Part shown: piece by piece, positions 12,565 through 25,494 of the stretch
Layout of the letters: each line of letters starts with the position of its first letter
Position numbering within the stretch: the stretch's first letter is position 1
Assembly (NCBI RefSeq): GCF_963921235.1
Contig: NC_086097.1
Coordinates: 121,646,001-121,710,000, forward strand
DNA length: 64,000 nt
Reading direction: 5' to 3'
DNA from: Mobula hypostoma
Taxonomy: Eukaryota
The notes under the pieces: model-generated
The model's database searches: none
The model's input: only the letters and a program-made list of their open reading frames with translations
Told to the model about the DNA's origin: nothing
Made by a program: the position numbers and the translations under genes

Positions 12565-14660
12565 AGCATAGAACATTGCAGGAAAGTACAGGCCCTTCGG
12601 CCCATGATGTTATAGTAGCCTTTTGACTTACTCTAAGATCAATCTAGCTCTTCCTCCCTTCATTTTTCTATCACCCATGTGCCTATCTAAGAGTTGCTTA
12701 AATATATCTGTCTCTGCCACCACCCCAGGCACACACCCACCACACTGTGTGTAAAAATAAATAAATAAAATCATCTACCTCTGACAATCCCCCTATACTG
12801 TCCTTCAATCTCCTTAAAGTTATTCCCTCTTGTATTAGCCATTTCTGCCTTGGAAAAAAGTCTCTGGAGATCCACTTTATCTACAGTATGCCTCTTATCA
12901 TTTTGAACACCTCTTTCAAGTCACCTCTTATCCTCTTCCTCCTCTTCTCCAAATAGAAAAGCCCTAGCTTACTCAACCTATCCTCATAAGACATGCCCTC
13001 TAGTCCAAGCAGCATCCTGATAAATCTCCTCTGCACCCTATAAAGCTTTCACATCCCTGATAATGAGGCGATCACAACTGAACACAGTATTCCAAGTAAT
13101 GCACACACAATGCTGGAGGAACATAGCAGCTTAGGCAGCATCTAAGGAAAAGAGTAAACAGTCGCTGTTTCTGTAAGGCCATAAGATGTAGGTGCAGAGT
13201 TAGGCTTTGGAGTCCACTCTGCATTTCATCATGGCTGATCCAATTTTCCTTTCTGCCCCAATTTCCTGCCTTCATCCCATATTCCTACGTGCCCTGATCA
13301 ATCAAGAATCTATCAACCTCTGCCTTAAATATACGTAAAAACTTGGCCTCCACAGCCGCCTGTGGCAAAGAGTTCCACAGATTCACCACTCTCTGGCTAA
13401 AGAAATTCCTCCTCATCTCCATTCTAAAAGGACGCCCCTCTATTCTGAGGCTATGTCCTCTGGTCTTATATTGTCCCACCATAGAAAACATCCTCTCCAC
13501 ATCCACTCTATCTAGACCTTTCACCATTCAATAGGTTTCAATAAGGTCACCCCTCATTCTTCTGAATTCCAGCAAATACAGGCCTGGAGCCATCAAATGC
13601 TCTTCATTTCACAAGCCATTCAATCATGGAATCATTTTCGTGAATCTCCTTTGAACTCTCTCCAGTTTTGGCAAATCCTTTCTAAGATAAGGGGCCCAAA
13701 ATTTTTCATATTACTCCAAGCAAGGCCTCACCAATGCAAAAGTCTCAACATTGTATCCTTTCTGTTATATTCTAGTCCACTTGAAATGAATGCTAACGTT
13801 ATATTTGCCTTCCTCACCACAGACTCAACCTGTAAATTAACCTTTAGGGAATCCTACACAAGGACTCTTAAGACCCCATGTGCCTCAGTGTTTTTGTATT
13901 TTCTGTCCATTCAGAAAATAGTCAAGCCTTTCATTTTTTCTACCAAAGTGCATAACCATTCCCTTCCTGACTCTGCATTCCATCTGCCATTTCTTTGCCC
14001 AATCTCCTAATCTGTCTGTTCTTCTGTAGCCTCTCTACTTCCTCAAAACTACCTGCCCCTCCACCTATCTTCATATTGTCTGCAAACCTTGCAACAAAGC
14101 TATCAATTCCATCATCCAAATAATTGACATGTAACGTTAAAAGAATTGGTCCTAACACAGACCCTTATGGAACACTACTAGTCACCGCAGTCAGCTAGAA
14201 GACACCCTTTATTCCCACTTTTTGCCTCCTGCCAATCAGCCACTGCTTTTTCCATGCTAGAATCTTTCCTGCATTATCAGGGGCTCATTGCTTTTTAAGC
14301 AGCCTCATGTGTGGCACCTTGTCAAAGGCCTTCTGAAAATCCAAGTACACAACATCAACCGATTTTCCATTGTCTATCCAGTGAAGGGTTTCAGACTGAG
14401 ACCCTTCATCAGTACTTTATTTCAAGAGTGATCGAACTAGGGTTTTATAGAACTGCAATGTTGCCTTGTGGCTTTTGAACTCCATCTTCTGAGTAATGAA
14501 AGCTAACACACTATACACATTGTTAACTTGTGTGGCAATTTTGAGGGATCTACGAATGTGGGCCCCAAGATGCCTTGGTTTTTCCACTCTGCCAAGAATC
14601 CTGCCATTACCCCAAACATTGCCTTAAAATTTGATTTTCTAAATCGTATCACTGCACAAT
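12565..14660 (-). mobile_element. Nested cluster: old CR1 interrupted by a PLE pLTR fragment, itself interrupted by a younger CR1 (13172-14380)
   Basis: CR1 3' end at 12565-13098 resumes ~14420; PLE piece at 13099-13171 resumes 14381-14415; inner CR1 encodes RFADNMKIGG and KGLDRVDVERMF...RRNFFSQRVVNLWNSLP. Confidence 0.8.
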
Positions 14661-15503
14661 TTTTCTGTTTCATGCAGTCACATTTGCAGTATTATACTGA
14701 GTTTATGATTTCATCTCTAGTTTTCTTAATTCTGTAATAGCTCACTTCTTTCACACCTCACCAATATTAAAATGTGATTCTGTCTGAGTTAATTTTGTTC
14801 TTCTTGTGAATACATTGGTTGGATTGTAAGATCACCTGACCATTTAGTCATTGTCTAGTCAGATATGTCATTTGTTCGAAGTGAGGCTTCTGAAAAGTTA
14901 CTGCATTAACCACTCCGAGCTATTCAAACAACCGTATTTAAATTCCTTTCACTAAAATTTGTTTTCCATTTTACAGAATAATGATGTGACAGTAAACTGT
15001 TGAATTTGATGCTCCCAGTAGAGCTGTCATGTGGGCTTGGGTAAATATTTAATTGAAGTTTACTTTCAAGATTAATTCAAATCAGAGAATTGTTCTGTCT
15101 TCTCTTCTGTGGAGCATATAATTTGCATCGGGCAAATATTTTGACACTTGTTCTTTCTTGTGATCCAAGAACTCCAGGGCAACGAGCTGATGAGCATCCC
15201 TACTATGTTAAATAAATCTGCGTTCCACCATCTTGCACAGAATTGGCCCAGGAGCGGGTGAATGATATGTTTCCTCAACCAGAGCACTGTTAAGATACCA
15301 ATCATTGCAACTCTAAGGCTGCCATATAGGACAACATTTGAGCATTTACTCATACTTGTGTAGATACAGTTGCCAATCACAAACTGACTTCAGTTTGTTC
15401 AGATCTATTGTTTATAGGTCTTATAGTGAATCTGTCTATTTTAATGTTGCCCAAAGAATGTTTCAGGACACAGAATGAAGATCAATGTTTCTTTGATGAC
15501 ATA

Positions 15504-16056
15504 CACTCAGTTGCTACTTTAGGTTCCCTTGTACCTAATAAAGTGGACGTTGAGTGTATGTTCGTGGTCTTCTGCTGCTGTAGCCGGTCCACCTCAAGGT
15601 TTAATGTGTTGTACCTTCAGAGATGCTTTTCTGTACACCACTGTTGTAACGTGTGATTATTTGGGTTACTGTCAATTTCCTGTCAGCTTGAACCAGTCTG
15701 GCCATTCTCCTCTGACCTGTCACATTAACAAAACATTTTCACCCACAGAATTGCCACACTCTCAATTGTTTTTAATTTGTTTTACGCACCATTCTCTGTA
15801 AACTCCTGTGTGTGAAAATGCCAGGAAATCAGTTGCTTTTGAGATATTCAAATCACCCTGTCTAGGATTATCAATCATTCCACAGTCAAAGTTACTTAGA
15901 TCACATTTCTTCCCTATTCTGGTGTTTTGTCTGAACAACAACTGAACCTTTTGACTATGTCTGCATGCTTTTCTGCTTTGAGCTGCTGTCACATGGTTGG
16001 CTGAGTTGATAGTTGCATTAACGAGCAAGTGTACCTAATAAAGTAGTCAGTGAGTG
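15504..16056 (-). mobile_element. Internally deleted Tc1/mariner element
   Basis: TA|CACTCA...TGAGTG|TA termini with TA TSD; remnant GKKCDLSNFDCGMI...GVYREWC. Confidence 0.85.
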
Positions 16057-16860
16057 TATATTCCTCACATAACTTTAGACCACAAAGGTATCCCAACTGG
16101 GCTAACGACCTCAAACTGTATTTACAAGCTTCTGGTGCAGTGAATTGTTGCAGACTGATGAGAAGATTCATATTTTCAGACCCATGCCATGAGCTGAAAA
16201 ATAGTTCAAGTATTTACTTTTTGTATTTTACCAACGCACAGCAAGATTTATGCAAAATTAGGTATGGATTCATAAGCTCAACTGTGGTTATACTTAGTAG
16301 AGCCACAGATGAACGCATTCTTCCTATTAATAATTTTCATTTCAGTGGTGTAGTTAAAACAACTGATGTAGAAAATGAAAAAGCTACCACATACCCTGTG
16401 GATAGGAAGATTTATTCCTTGGGTTGGTTAAGGTATACCATTCAAGCAGAGTGGATGGAGCTTTCACATCACTAATACTGATTCTGAATGGTATTATTAT
16501 GCCACATTAACACCATGAGCTAATATATCTACCCTTATCACCTCTAAAGTGAAATATATTTGGGAATTAATATAAGCATTCTTTTAACTTATAAATATTT
16601 GATTCAAAAATGCATATTTTTCCACAAATCTGTTCTCATAATACATATACACAAAATTCTAGACATTTTTCATTGTAATTTATAAGCAATATTGGAAATA
16701 GGGTTGAAATAATTTTTGCAGATTTGATGAATAATTTTGAAAACTCAGTTTCAATCTCTCATTTTACATGAAAACAAAATCTCTTTATACAATTGAGATA
16801 AAGTGAATGTGAACAAACTGCTTCTAATCGGATGTGATTCTGCAATCGTTCCTTGTTTAG

Positions 16861-16958
16861 CTGGCCTTATTGACAGCTGTATAGAACAGATGAAGCAAAC
16901 ATATGTACAATTCAACTTGGATTCATTGAGACCCGGAAAAGTGATACAAAGGAGAAAG
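16861..16958 (+). CDS. RTTN: Rotatin coding exon 3 in window
   Basis: ccttgtttag|CT...AAG|gtaagt; 98 nt; (A)GLIDSCIEQMKQTYVQFNLDSLRPGKVIQRRK, with the RTTN NLDSLRPGK motif. Confidence 0.95.
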
Positions 16959-17734
16959 GTAAGTGAGGAAACAAAAATTCAATCAGCAAACCCAAAATGT
17001 TGGAGAAACAAAATATTAGATGACATCAGGATGGTCTTGTTGATTCCTTTTCAGAGATGCTGCCTGACCTGCTGTGTTCCTCCAGCACTTTGCTTGTGTT
17101 ATTCTGGATTTCAAGTATTTGCAGAATCTCTTCTATTTAGTCAACAAATTAATTTTTGTTCTATTTTCTTCAGACACAAAGATTTTCCATGTAACATAAT
17201 TACTTTGATAATTTCTTTGAAATACTCCTACTGATGTTTTGGCACGGTCTTATTCCTTCAGTTTGCTTTTGATTCACAATATGATGATTATTATTGAGGA
17301 GATCATTTATGTGCTGAAATGTAGAACACCAGTATTGTTAGTACCCAGCTGACTCCATACATTTGTTCTGTTGACATCCTAACAGGCATCGTTTAATTCA
17401 CTTCTATGTCGAAATAAAATTCAGTTTTGAAAATCGATGAACTACATTTTTTAAGTCATGAGTAATGTTGTTTGCATGGCTTTTTTCTCCTCTTCCCACC
17501 TCACTGCAAAGCAACAGTTTCCGTGCATGTCCGTCAACCCAGGTTCAGCCCTGATCTCTGGTGCTGTCCATCTGTTGTTTGCACGTACTGCTGCCCCATA
17601 GGTTTTCCTCTGATGTTTCGGATTATCTCTCCGCACATCCCACAGACACGCAGGTTTCTACATTATTTGGCCATTGTAAATTGTTCCTAGTGTGTAGAAG
17701 AGTAGTGAAATTTGTTGGGGATGAGAGCGCATTG

Positions 17735-18460
17735 ATGGGACTGAAACCTCTCCCTCAATGTCGCAAAAACAAAGGAGCTGGTTGTGGATTGCAGGAGGAA
17801 TGGAGACGGGCTAACCCGTATTGATATCAATGGATCTGTGGTTGAGAGGGTAAATAGCTTCCAGTTCCTTGGCATCCACATCACCGAGAACCTTGCGTCG
17901 TCTGTGCACACCAGCTGTGTGGTGAAAAAGGCACAACAGCGCCTCTTTCACCTCAGACGATCGAGGAAGTTTGGTATGGACCCCCAAATCCTAAGAACTT
18001 TCTACAGAGGCACAACTGAGAGCATACTGACTGGCTGTATCACTGCCTGTTTATAGGAACTGTACCTCCCTTAATCACAGACTCTGCGGAGAGTGGTGCG
18101 GACAGCCCAGCGCATCTGTAGTTGTGAACTTCCCATGATCCAGAACATTTACAAGGATAGGTGTGTAAAAAGGGCCGGTAGGATCACTGGAGATTCAAGC
18201 CATCCCATTCACAATCTATTCCAGCTGCTACCATCTGGGAAGCGGTACCGCAGCATAAAAGTCAGGACCAACAGGCTCCGGGACAGCTTCTTCCACCAGG
18301 CCATCAGACTGATGAACTCATACTGATTTGAGTGTACTCTATATTACATTGACTGTTCTATTTACAAACGTTTGTATTATAAATTACTATGATTGCACAT
18401 TTAGATGGAGACGTAACGTAAAGATTTTTATTCCTCATGTATGTGAAGAATGTAAGAAAT
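17735..18460 (+). mobile_element. Rex1/Babar-type LINE 3' fragment
   Basis: VERVNSFQFLGIHI...KKAQQRLFHLRR...ILRTFYRGTTESILTGCIT; LLPSGKRYRSIK...RLRDSFFHQAIRLMN. Confidence 0.85.
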
Positions 18461-18632
18461 AGGTTACAGAGGAAAGTTACCAGGGAATGGATTTGCCTTA
18501 ATAAACAACCTAAGCTCAGCACGTTGAAATGGAAGCCCTCCATATTATAAGGAAATATGGAAATTGTCTGTGACTGTTAGAATTTCTCAAGAAGTATTGA
18601 TATGGATTGATAATATGTTTCTGATGCCACAG

Positions 18633-18710
18633 GATGACCCTCTGACCAGAGAACTGAAAGCAGTAATGCAGTTGCTGCGGAATTGTCTACACCACAATAT
18701 CGAATGCAAA
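18633..18710 (+). CDS. RTTN: Rotatin coding exon 4 in window
   Basis: gccacag|GAT...AAA|gtaagt; 78 nt; DDPLTRELKAVMQLLRNCLHHNIECK. Confidence 0.95.
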
Positions 18711-18845
18711 GTAAGTCTGCTACCAAGTCAAACTAATCTGCGATGTTCTGAATTATTACCTGAGCAATCTCTAAACTTTTCTGTTGGCCCTCCACTGCAA
18801 TTCCACACATCTCTCTACTTCTGTACCCTAACCCCACCTCTACAG

Positions 18846-18972
18846 GTTGCAGCATCCGATGCTCATCTTGTCAGTGCTGTCCATTCACTTTGGCCCTGGC
18901 TTCTAATGGATGATGTGCTGATGTTGGAAGCTCTGAAGCTGCTCTGTGTCTACACTGCTAACCTTCCTGCAC
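18846..18972 (+). CDS. RTTN: Rotatin coding exon 5 in window
   Basis: cctctacag|GTT...GCAC|gtaagt; 127 nt; VAASDAHLVSAVHSLWPWLLMDDVLMLEALKLLCVYTANLPA. Confidence 0.95.
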
Positions 18973-19039
18973 GTAAGTAGAGCCTAGACTCTGTTACTGG
19001 AGTTAGTTGCAATGTGTGAAGGGCTGATACGATTAATTC

Positions 19040-19410
19040 CGTAAAAGTTGTTTTGAATGTCAGGAAACTAGGAAAACACCTCTACTTTTTGAGGAGGCTG
19101 AAGAGAGCTAGTCTATGCACACCAATTCTCTTGACCTTCTACAGATATGCAGTGGGCAGTATCCAAACATGCTGCACCGTTGTGTGGTACAGAAACTGCA
19201 TTGCAGTGAATACAGGGCTCAGTGCGTTAGAGGGCTCTGCAATGCATAGTTAAAACTGGCCAATACATCACCAGCACCAGCCTACCCACAATCAAGGACA
19301 TATTTACAAAAAGGTGCCAGCAATATCGTGAAGGATCTCATCCACCATAGTTATGGACTGTTTGTCCTATTCTAACGCAGCATCCACGCCTGGACCAGTA
19401 GACTCAAAAG
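19040..19410 (+). mobile_element. Rex1/Babar-type LINE fragment
   Basis: HLYFLRRLKRA...ILLTFYRYAVGSI...WYRNC. Confidence 0.7.
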
Positions 19411-19439
19411 CAGTTACTCGCATGGATAAAGCAGCGGCT

Positions 19440-20425
19440 GATTGGCAAAGTGTGAGAATAAAGGGAGCCTTTTCTAATTGGCTGCTGGTCAGTTGTGGTG
19501 TTCCACAGGGGTTGGTGTTGGGACTGCTTCTTTTTACATTATATGTCAATGATTTGAGTGATGGAATTGATGGCTTCGTGGCCAAATTTGTGGATGATAT
19601 TAAGATAAGTGGAGGAGCGACAGGGAAGTGGGGAGGCTGCAGAATGACTTGGAGCGTTTAGGAGAATAGGCAAAGAAGTGGGAGATGGAATATAGTGTCA
19701 GGAAGTGTACGGTCATGCACTTTGATAGAAGGAATAAGAAGCATAGATTATTTTCTAAACGGGGAGAAATTTCAAAAATCTGAGACGCAAAGGGACTTGA
19801 GAATCCTTGTGCAGAATTCCATAAAGATAAGCCAGTGGTGAGGAAGGCAAATGAAATGTTAGCACTCATTTCGAGAGGACTAGAATATAAAAACAAGGAT
19901 GTAATGCTGAGGCTTTATAAAGCACTAGTGAGGCCTCACTTGAATTTTTGTGAGCAGTTTTAGGCCCCTTATCTACGAAAGATGTGCTGACATTGCAGAG
20001 GGTTCAAAGGGGGTTCACAAAAATGATTCCATGAATGAAAGGCTTATATGAGGATTGTTTGATGGCTCTAGACCTATATGGAATTTAGAAGAACGATGGG
20101 GATCTTATTGAAACCTATCAAATGTTGAAAGGCCTAGATAGAGTGGATATAGAGAGGATGTTTCCTGTAGTGGAGAAGTCTAGACCTCGAGGGCACAACC
20201 ACAGAGTAGAGGAATGGTCCATTTAGAGCGGATGGCTTTGGAGGCCAGGTCATTGTGTGTCTATAAGGTGGAGGTTGATAGATTCTAGATAAGTCAGAGT
20301 GTGAAAGGTTGTGGAGTGAAGGCACGAAAATGGGGTTGAGAGAGAAATGGATCATCCATGATAAAATGACAGAGCAGACTCGATGGGCTGAATGGCCTAA
20401 TTCTGCTCCTATGTCTTATGGTCTG
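19440..20425 (+). mobile_element. CR1 LINE 3' fragment
   Basis: GVPQGLVLG...VAKFVDDIKISG; 3' tail gggctgaatggcctaattctgctcctatgtcttatggtc. Confidence 0.9.
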
Positions 20426-20514
20426 TGATATTCTAGTGCAGTTAACTGTGTATCTATCTGACAATAACAAAATGGCCATTTTGTATGTGTCCTGTACACA
20501 AGAAGCCAGGTAAG

Positions 20515-20820
20515 CACGGTAGAGTAGTGGTTAGCACAACTGCTTTACAGCGCCAGCGATCACTGATGAGAGTTCAATTTCCACCGCTAGCTTTAAGGAA
20601 TTTGTACGTTCTCCCCGTGACTGTGCAGGATTCACCTGGATGCTCCGGTTTCATCCCACATTCAGAAGACGTACGCTTAGAGTGAGTGAATTGTGCTCAT
20701 GTTCTGTTGGCGCCTGAACTGTGGCAGCACTTGTGGATTGCCCAGCACCATCCTTTGGTGCAAAATGAAGCATTTCATTGTATGTTTCAATGTACATGTG
20801 AGAAATCAAGCTAATCATTA
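20515..20820 (+). mobile_element. tRNA-derived SINE (V-SINE/HE1-like)
   Basis: A-box-like gtagtggttagc, B-box-like gagttcaatttcc, core aaggaatttgtacgttctccccgtgac. Confidence 0.8.
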
Positions 20821-21074
20821 ACCTTTAGATACAGCCTTTCTTGTCAATCTAAACTTCATCAACATCGCGATGAAAAGGGGCATTAGTAGTACCATCAAAT
20901 AGCATTTCCCAGTAACCAACTCATCAAAGCCTAATCCAGGTCTTACCAGGTTTATATGGCTCCAGATCTTAAAACAACTACACGTAGAAACTAGCTGAAT
21001 TCCAAGAGTGCAGCAGAATTTCGCTGTGGAAGCCATCAAGGAATCCTAATAAAATACATTCAACTATTAATTAG

Positions 21075-21203
21075 AAACATGTAAATTCTGCAGATGCTGA
21101 AAATCCAGAGTAACCCGCACAAAATGCTGGAGAAACTCAGCAGGTCAGGCAGCATCTGTGGAGGAAATAAACAGTCTACGTTTTGGGCCGAGACCCTTTA
21201 TCA
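21075..21203 (-). mobile_element. PLE pLTR 3' end fragment with decayed hammerhead
   Basis: ttctgcagatgctg...gcaggtcaggcagcatct...ttttgggccgagacccttt, homologous to 26560-26680. Confidence 0.8.
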
Positions 21204-21259
21204 TATCACCTACATGTGGAACAATTCCTTGACAGCTGGTGTTAAAGCAAGATTTGATT

Positions 21260-21535
21260 AAAGATTAGCTTTGTTTGTCACATAAACTTTGATGTGTAAC
21301 TTGCATCAAATCAAATCAGCGAGGTTTGTGCTGGGCAGCCCGCAAGTGTCCGGCACCAGCATAGCATGCCCACAACTCACCAATGTCAACCGAGCGTCTC
21401 TAGTTTGTGGGAAGAAACCCACACAGCCACAGGACGAATGCACAAGCTCCCGACACAGCAGCGGATATCGAACCCCGATCAATTTTGGTGCTAGTGCTGT
21501 AAAGCCTGGTGCCAACCACTACGCTACTGTGTCAC
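21260..21535 (-). mobile_element. tRNA-derived SINE
   Basis: Reverse complement of the 20515-20820 family (aaccactacgctac head). Confidence 0.8.
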
Positions 21536-22690
21536 CCATCGGGCTGGGCTTAAGGAATTGGGTTATATTACAGCTGAGATAAAATTGGGACTTACTGCTT
21601 TGAAGAACAAGTGTTAACTAATTTCAGTTAATTAACATGATGAAAGATTTGAAAGGGTTGAAGTGCAAAAGATATTTCTTATGGGAAGAGAATCCAGAAC
21701 AAGTAGCCACAGTGTCAAAATTAAATCAGGAAGAGCCTTTTCCACATATAAAGTAATCCTGTACCCCAGAAGGCTCAGGATCATTTTCATTTGAAATATT
21801 AGAGGCAGGGGTCAACATGGTTTCATTAAGTTGAGGTAAAATGAAAATGGAAGCAACAGACAGATCTCAGTCATTTGTGGAACAAATTAGGAGCACTTCT
21901 GTTCCTGAATGTATCACTTCGGCTTTTTTCTCCATTTGACATTTTCAAACTATCTGCTGCTTTTGCAGCTGACAGAGTGAAAGTCTAATCCACTGAGGCT
22001 GACTTTTGTTTTCAGTAGCTTGCTGCACTTTTTTTGTAAGTTAATTCCCTCCATTGAGTACATCTATAAGGAGCACTGTTGCAAGAAAACAGCATCCACC
22101 ATCAAGGACCCACACCATCCAGGCCATGCTCTCTTCTTGCTGCTGCCGTCAGGCTCCTGAACCAGACTGGATAACTTCACTCACCCCAACACTGAATTGA
22201 TTCCACAAACTATGGACTCTTCAATGTTTTGATATTATTGCTTTTTTTTAAATTTGCACAATTTTTTGGCTTTTGCACATTGGTTATTTGTCTATCTTTG
22301 TATTAATTGTGAATACCCCAAAGAAAATGAATCTCAAGTTAGTATATGATGACATATGTATACTTTAATAATAGATTTACTTTTAAACTTTGATTTACTT
22401 TAAACTTTGAAATGTAGTCAATGCTCTGGATTTTGCCACCAAGATGTTATTTTTGAGATTATGCGATGATAATGAGCATACTACACTCACATTTCTGTGC
22501 TTTAAGCAATTATTTTCCTCCTTGAATTTTTTAAACAAAGTTAAGACTGAGGAAGAATAATAACAAATAATAGAATATTCATTATCTAGTTCATGTTGGT
22601 TATAAAAAATACTTTGTTCATGTGTAACCATTTGAAATTGAAGCCTGAAACATTGGGTCTTGCTCAGTGATCTAACTTGTCATTTTTCAG

Positions 22691-22884
22691 CATGTGTTTC
22701 CCTGTGTTGTGGAACTGGAGGACCAGTTTCATCTCAGAAAGGACTTGGCGGGAGCAGTCTCGTGCATATGATCATGAAGCAAGCCTTGCAAAAGACACAT
22801 GACAGTAATATCATTCAACAAATAGCATTTGCTGTGCTCTCCAACTTGGTTATATCCCACGAATGTAAAGGCGTTTTACAAAAG
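22691..22884 (+). CDS. RTTN: Rotatin coding exon 6 in window
   Basis: catttttcag|CA...AAG|gttagt; 194 nt; CVSLCCGTGG...QQIAFAVLSNLVISHECKGVLQK. Confidence 0.95.
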
Positions 22885-22925
22885 GTTAGTAAAAACTCCA
22901 GGATAATCAAGGGACAGCTTTGTTA

Positions 22926-23150
22926 ACGTAAACACGAGGAATTCTGCAGATGCTGGAAATTCAAGCAACACACATCAAATTTGCTGGTGAACGTAGCAGG
23001 CCAGGCAGCATCTCTAGGAAGAGGTACAGTCGACGTTTTCGGCCGAGACCCTTCATCCTGACGAAGGGTTTTGGCCCGAAACATCGACTGTACCTCTTCC
23101 TAGAGATGCTGCCTGGCCTGCTGCGTTCACCAGCAAATTTGATGTGTGTT
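22926..23150. mobile_element. PLE-derived palindromic mini-element with hammerhead core
   Basis: Two pLTR 3' ends head-to-head (arms ~22967-23055 and ~23061-23150); 12-bp TSD acagctttgtta at 22914-22925 and 23151-23162. Confidence 0.9.
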
Positions 23151-23289
23151 ACAGCTTTGTTATATAAGTTTTAAAATACTCAATGCTCTTGGCATATATA
23201 ACTCAGAAAAGTCCACAGGGATCTTAGAATGCCCAGCTAAAGTTCTGAATATAGTATTTAGACTGGGAGACTAGAAGAATTAGTTTTAT

Positions 23290-24060
23290 TATCCCAGACA
23301 TAGTATATCATGAAATTTGTTGTTTTAAGACAGCAGTACAGTGCATTACATAAAAAATTATGATGTTACAGTAAGAAATATAGACAAATGAAATAAGCAG
23401 TGCAAATAGAAAGCAAATAGTGAGGTAATGGTCATGGTCCATTCAGAAATCTGATGGCAGAGGAGAAGAAGCTGTTCCAGAATCACCGAGTATGTGTCTT
23501 CAGGCTCCGGTACCTCCTCTCTGATGATAGTAATAAGAAGAAGACATGTCCTGGATGGTGAGGGTCCTTGATCATGAATGCTGCCTTCTTGAAGCAGCAT
23601 CTTTTGAAGATGTCTTCAGTGGTGGGGAGGCTAATTTCCATGATGGAACTGGCTGAGTTTGCAACTGTTTGCAGCTTTTTCCAATCCTGTGCATTGGCAC
23701 TTCCATACCAGATGGTTATGTAACCAGTCAGAACCCTCTCCACAGTACATCGAGAGGAATTTTCTAGAGTCTTTGGTGACGTACCAAATCTCCTTAAACT
23801 GCTAATTAAACTGAAATATAGCTGCAGGCATGCCTTTTTTTTAATTGCATCAAAATGTTAGGTCTGGTAGAGATCTTGAGAGATGTTGACACATAGGAAC
23901 ATGAAACTGTTCATCCTTTCCTCTGCTGATCCTTCAGTGAGGACTAATGTTCACTCAGTTTCCCCTTCCTGAAGTCCACAATCAATTTCTCAGTGAGTGC
24001 AAGGCTGTTTTTGCAACATCAGTCAACCAGCCGATCTGTCTTGCTCCTGCATGCCTTCTC
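23290..24060 (-). mobile_element. Rex1/Babar-type LINE 3' fragment
   Basis: ERVLTGYITIWYGSANAQDWKKLQ...KDPHHPGH...RRYRSLKTHT. Confidence 0.85.
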
Positions 24061-25494
24061 GTCACCATGAATATATTCAACATAATACATTGTTCACAAA
24101 GAGAAAGGTAAAACAAGTGATTGGGCATTCTACGGATCCACAATTAAAGATAGAATTAACAAACATTTGGAGTTCTCTAGTTTTGTGAAGGACAGTCTGT
24201 AAGGATGACTAGGACCTTTATCATGTCTGGCAGATTGTTTTTGTGAAGAATGGACAAGTAAAGGAAGTACAATGCAGATATTTGATCCAATCTCAGTATC
24301 CCAGAAGCCAAATTCATAGTTTAGAAGAAATCAACATTAATAGAAGTTTGGTTAACTAACGTAAAATTAATCTCCAGTTCTAGTGTTGCTCAAATTGAAG
24401 GAAGGTTGGAAAGGTTGCAGAAAGGTTAATTCCATGGGTCACCATTCAGGCTAGTTTTCTCCATTTAGAAAGGTTAGGACTTTGGTATGAAGACTAATTG
24501 TCAATCATTCTGACAACATGAAAGCAATGTTTAGAAGCAGTAAAAGCAATTTAAAAATGCACAAGAACATGGGTTAACTGGCAGAATGTGTCAACAGTTT
24601 GTTTAATTTTAGTTAGTATGAAGAAATCAGTTTTAAAACAAACCCCAGTGGAAGGGCACTGAAGGGTATGGAGCATTAGCAACATAATGTTTTAACGTCT
24701 TCTCTGAAAGTATAAATGTAATCAATACACAGAAAAGGCAAACAGCATTGACTTTTATTGAATTGCGTATGGAGCACAAGAATAGAGAGAAATGACCAAA
24801 TTGTTCTATTATAGCCTTTGAAGTTCTTTCATGTCAAGAAAAGCATAATAAACACACGCAGTGGGTCAATGGACATTTTGTGTGAGACGAAACATAACAA
24901 AATTCTGCTATGCATAGCGCCTTCCATGTTCAATGCTGACATAGGCCATTATTACAGTTATTTCATCATTTTGAGGAAGTCCAATAGAGCCCTGGGAAGT
25001 GTTGCGGGGCAAGGAAATCTCTTGCAGAGATGGGTGTGGTTTGCTACCAGATGGTGGGTGAATGGCTTTGTGAGTCTTGTGAACTGAGTCTGTTCAGTGG
25101 GGTCATAGCAGGTGTAGAACTGGATTTACAGTTGGCTGGGAAAGCAGTCATGGTTGAGTGCAAGCTAAAGTCATCAGTCCAAGCTGTGATCCTTGGGAAT
25201 TCCAGGTAGTGACCTGCTTCAAAGGAAAACATTTAAAAAGGGCCATTTTTCCATTGGTTTGCAGCCCTGGATTCCATGGAGTTGGAACTGGTTATATCGG
25301 CTTGCTTCACATATCACCAAAGTAGGCTACTCATTCATTACAGAGTCGGTTTCTGCACATCTGGTCAGGATGACTCCTGGGCCACATGTTCAGATCAATA
25401 TCATACAAAAATGACACACAATCACTTGTGCCAGTAAGCATACCTGAGATCTCACACTTCTTAGCACTCTGGGCATATAAACTAACTAGTTTAG

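Noticed and set aside
20515..20600. tRNA gene
   Set aside because: The A/B boxes belong to a multicopy SINE head; no complete cloverleaf.
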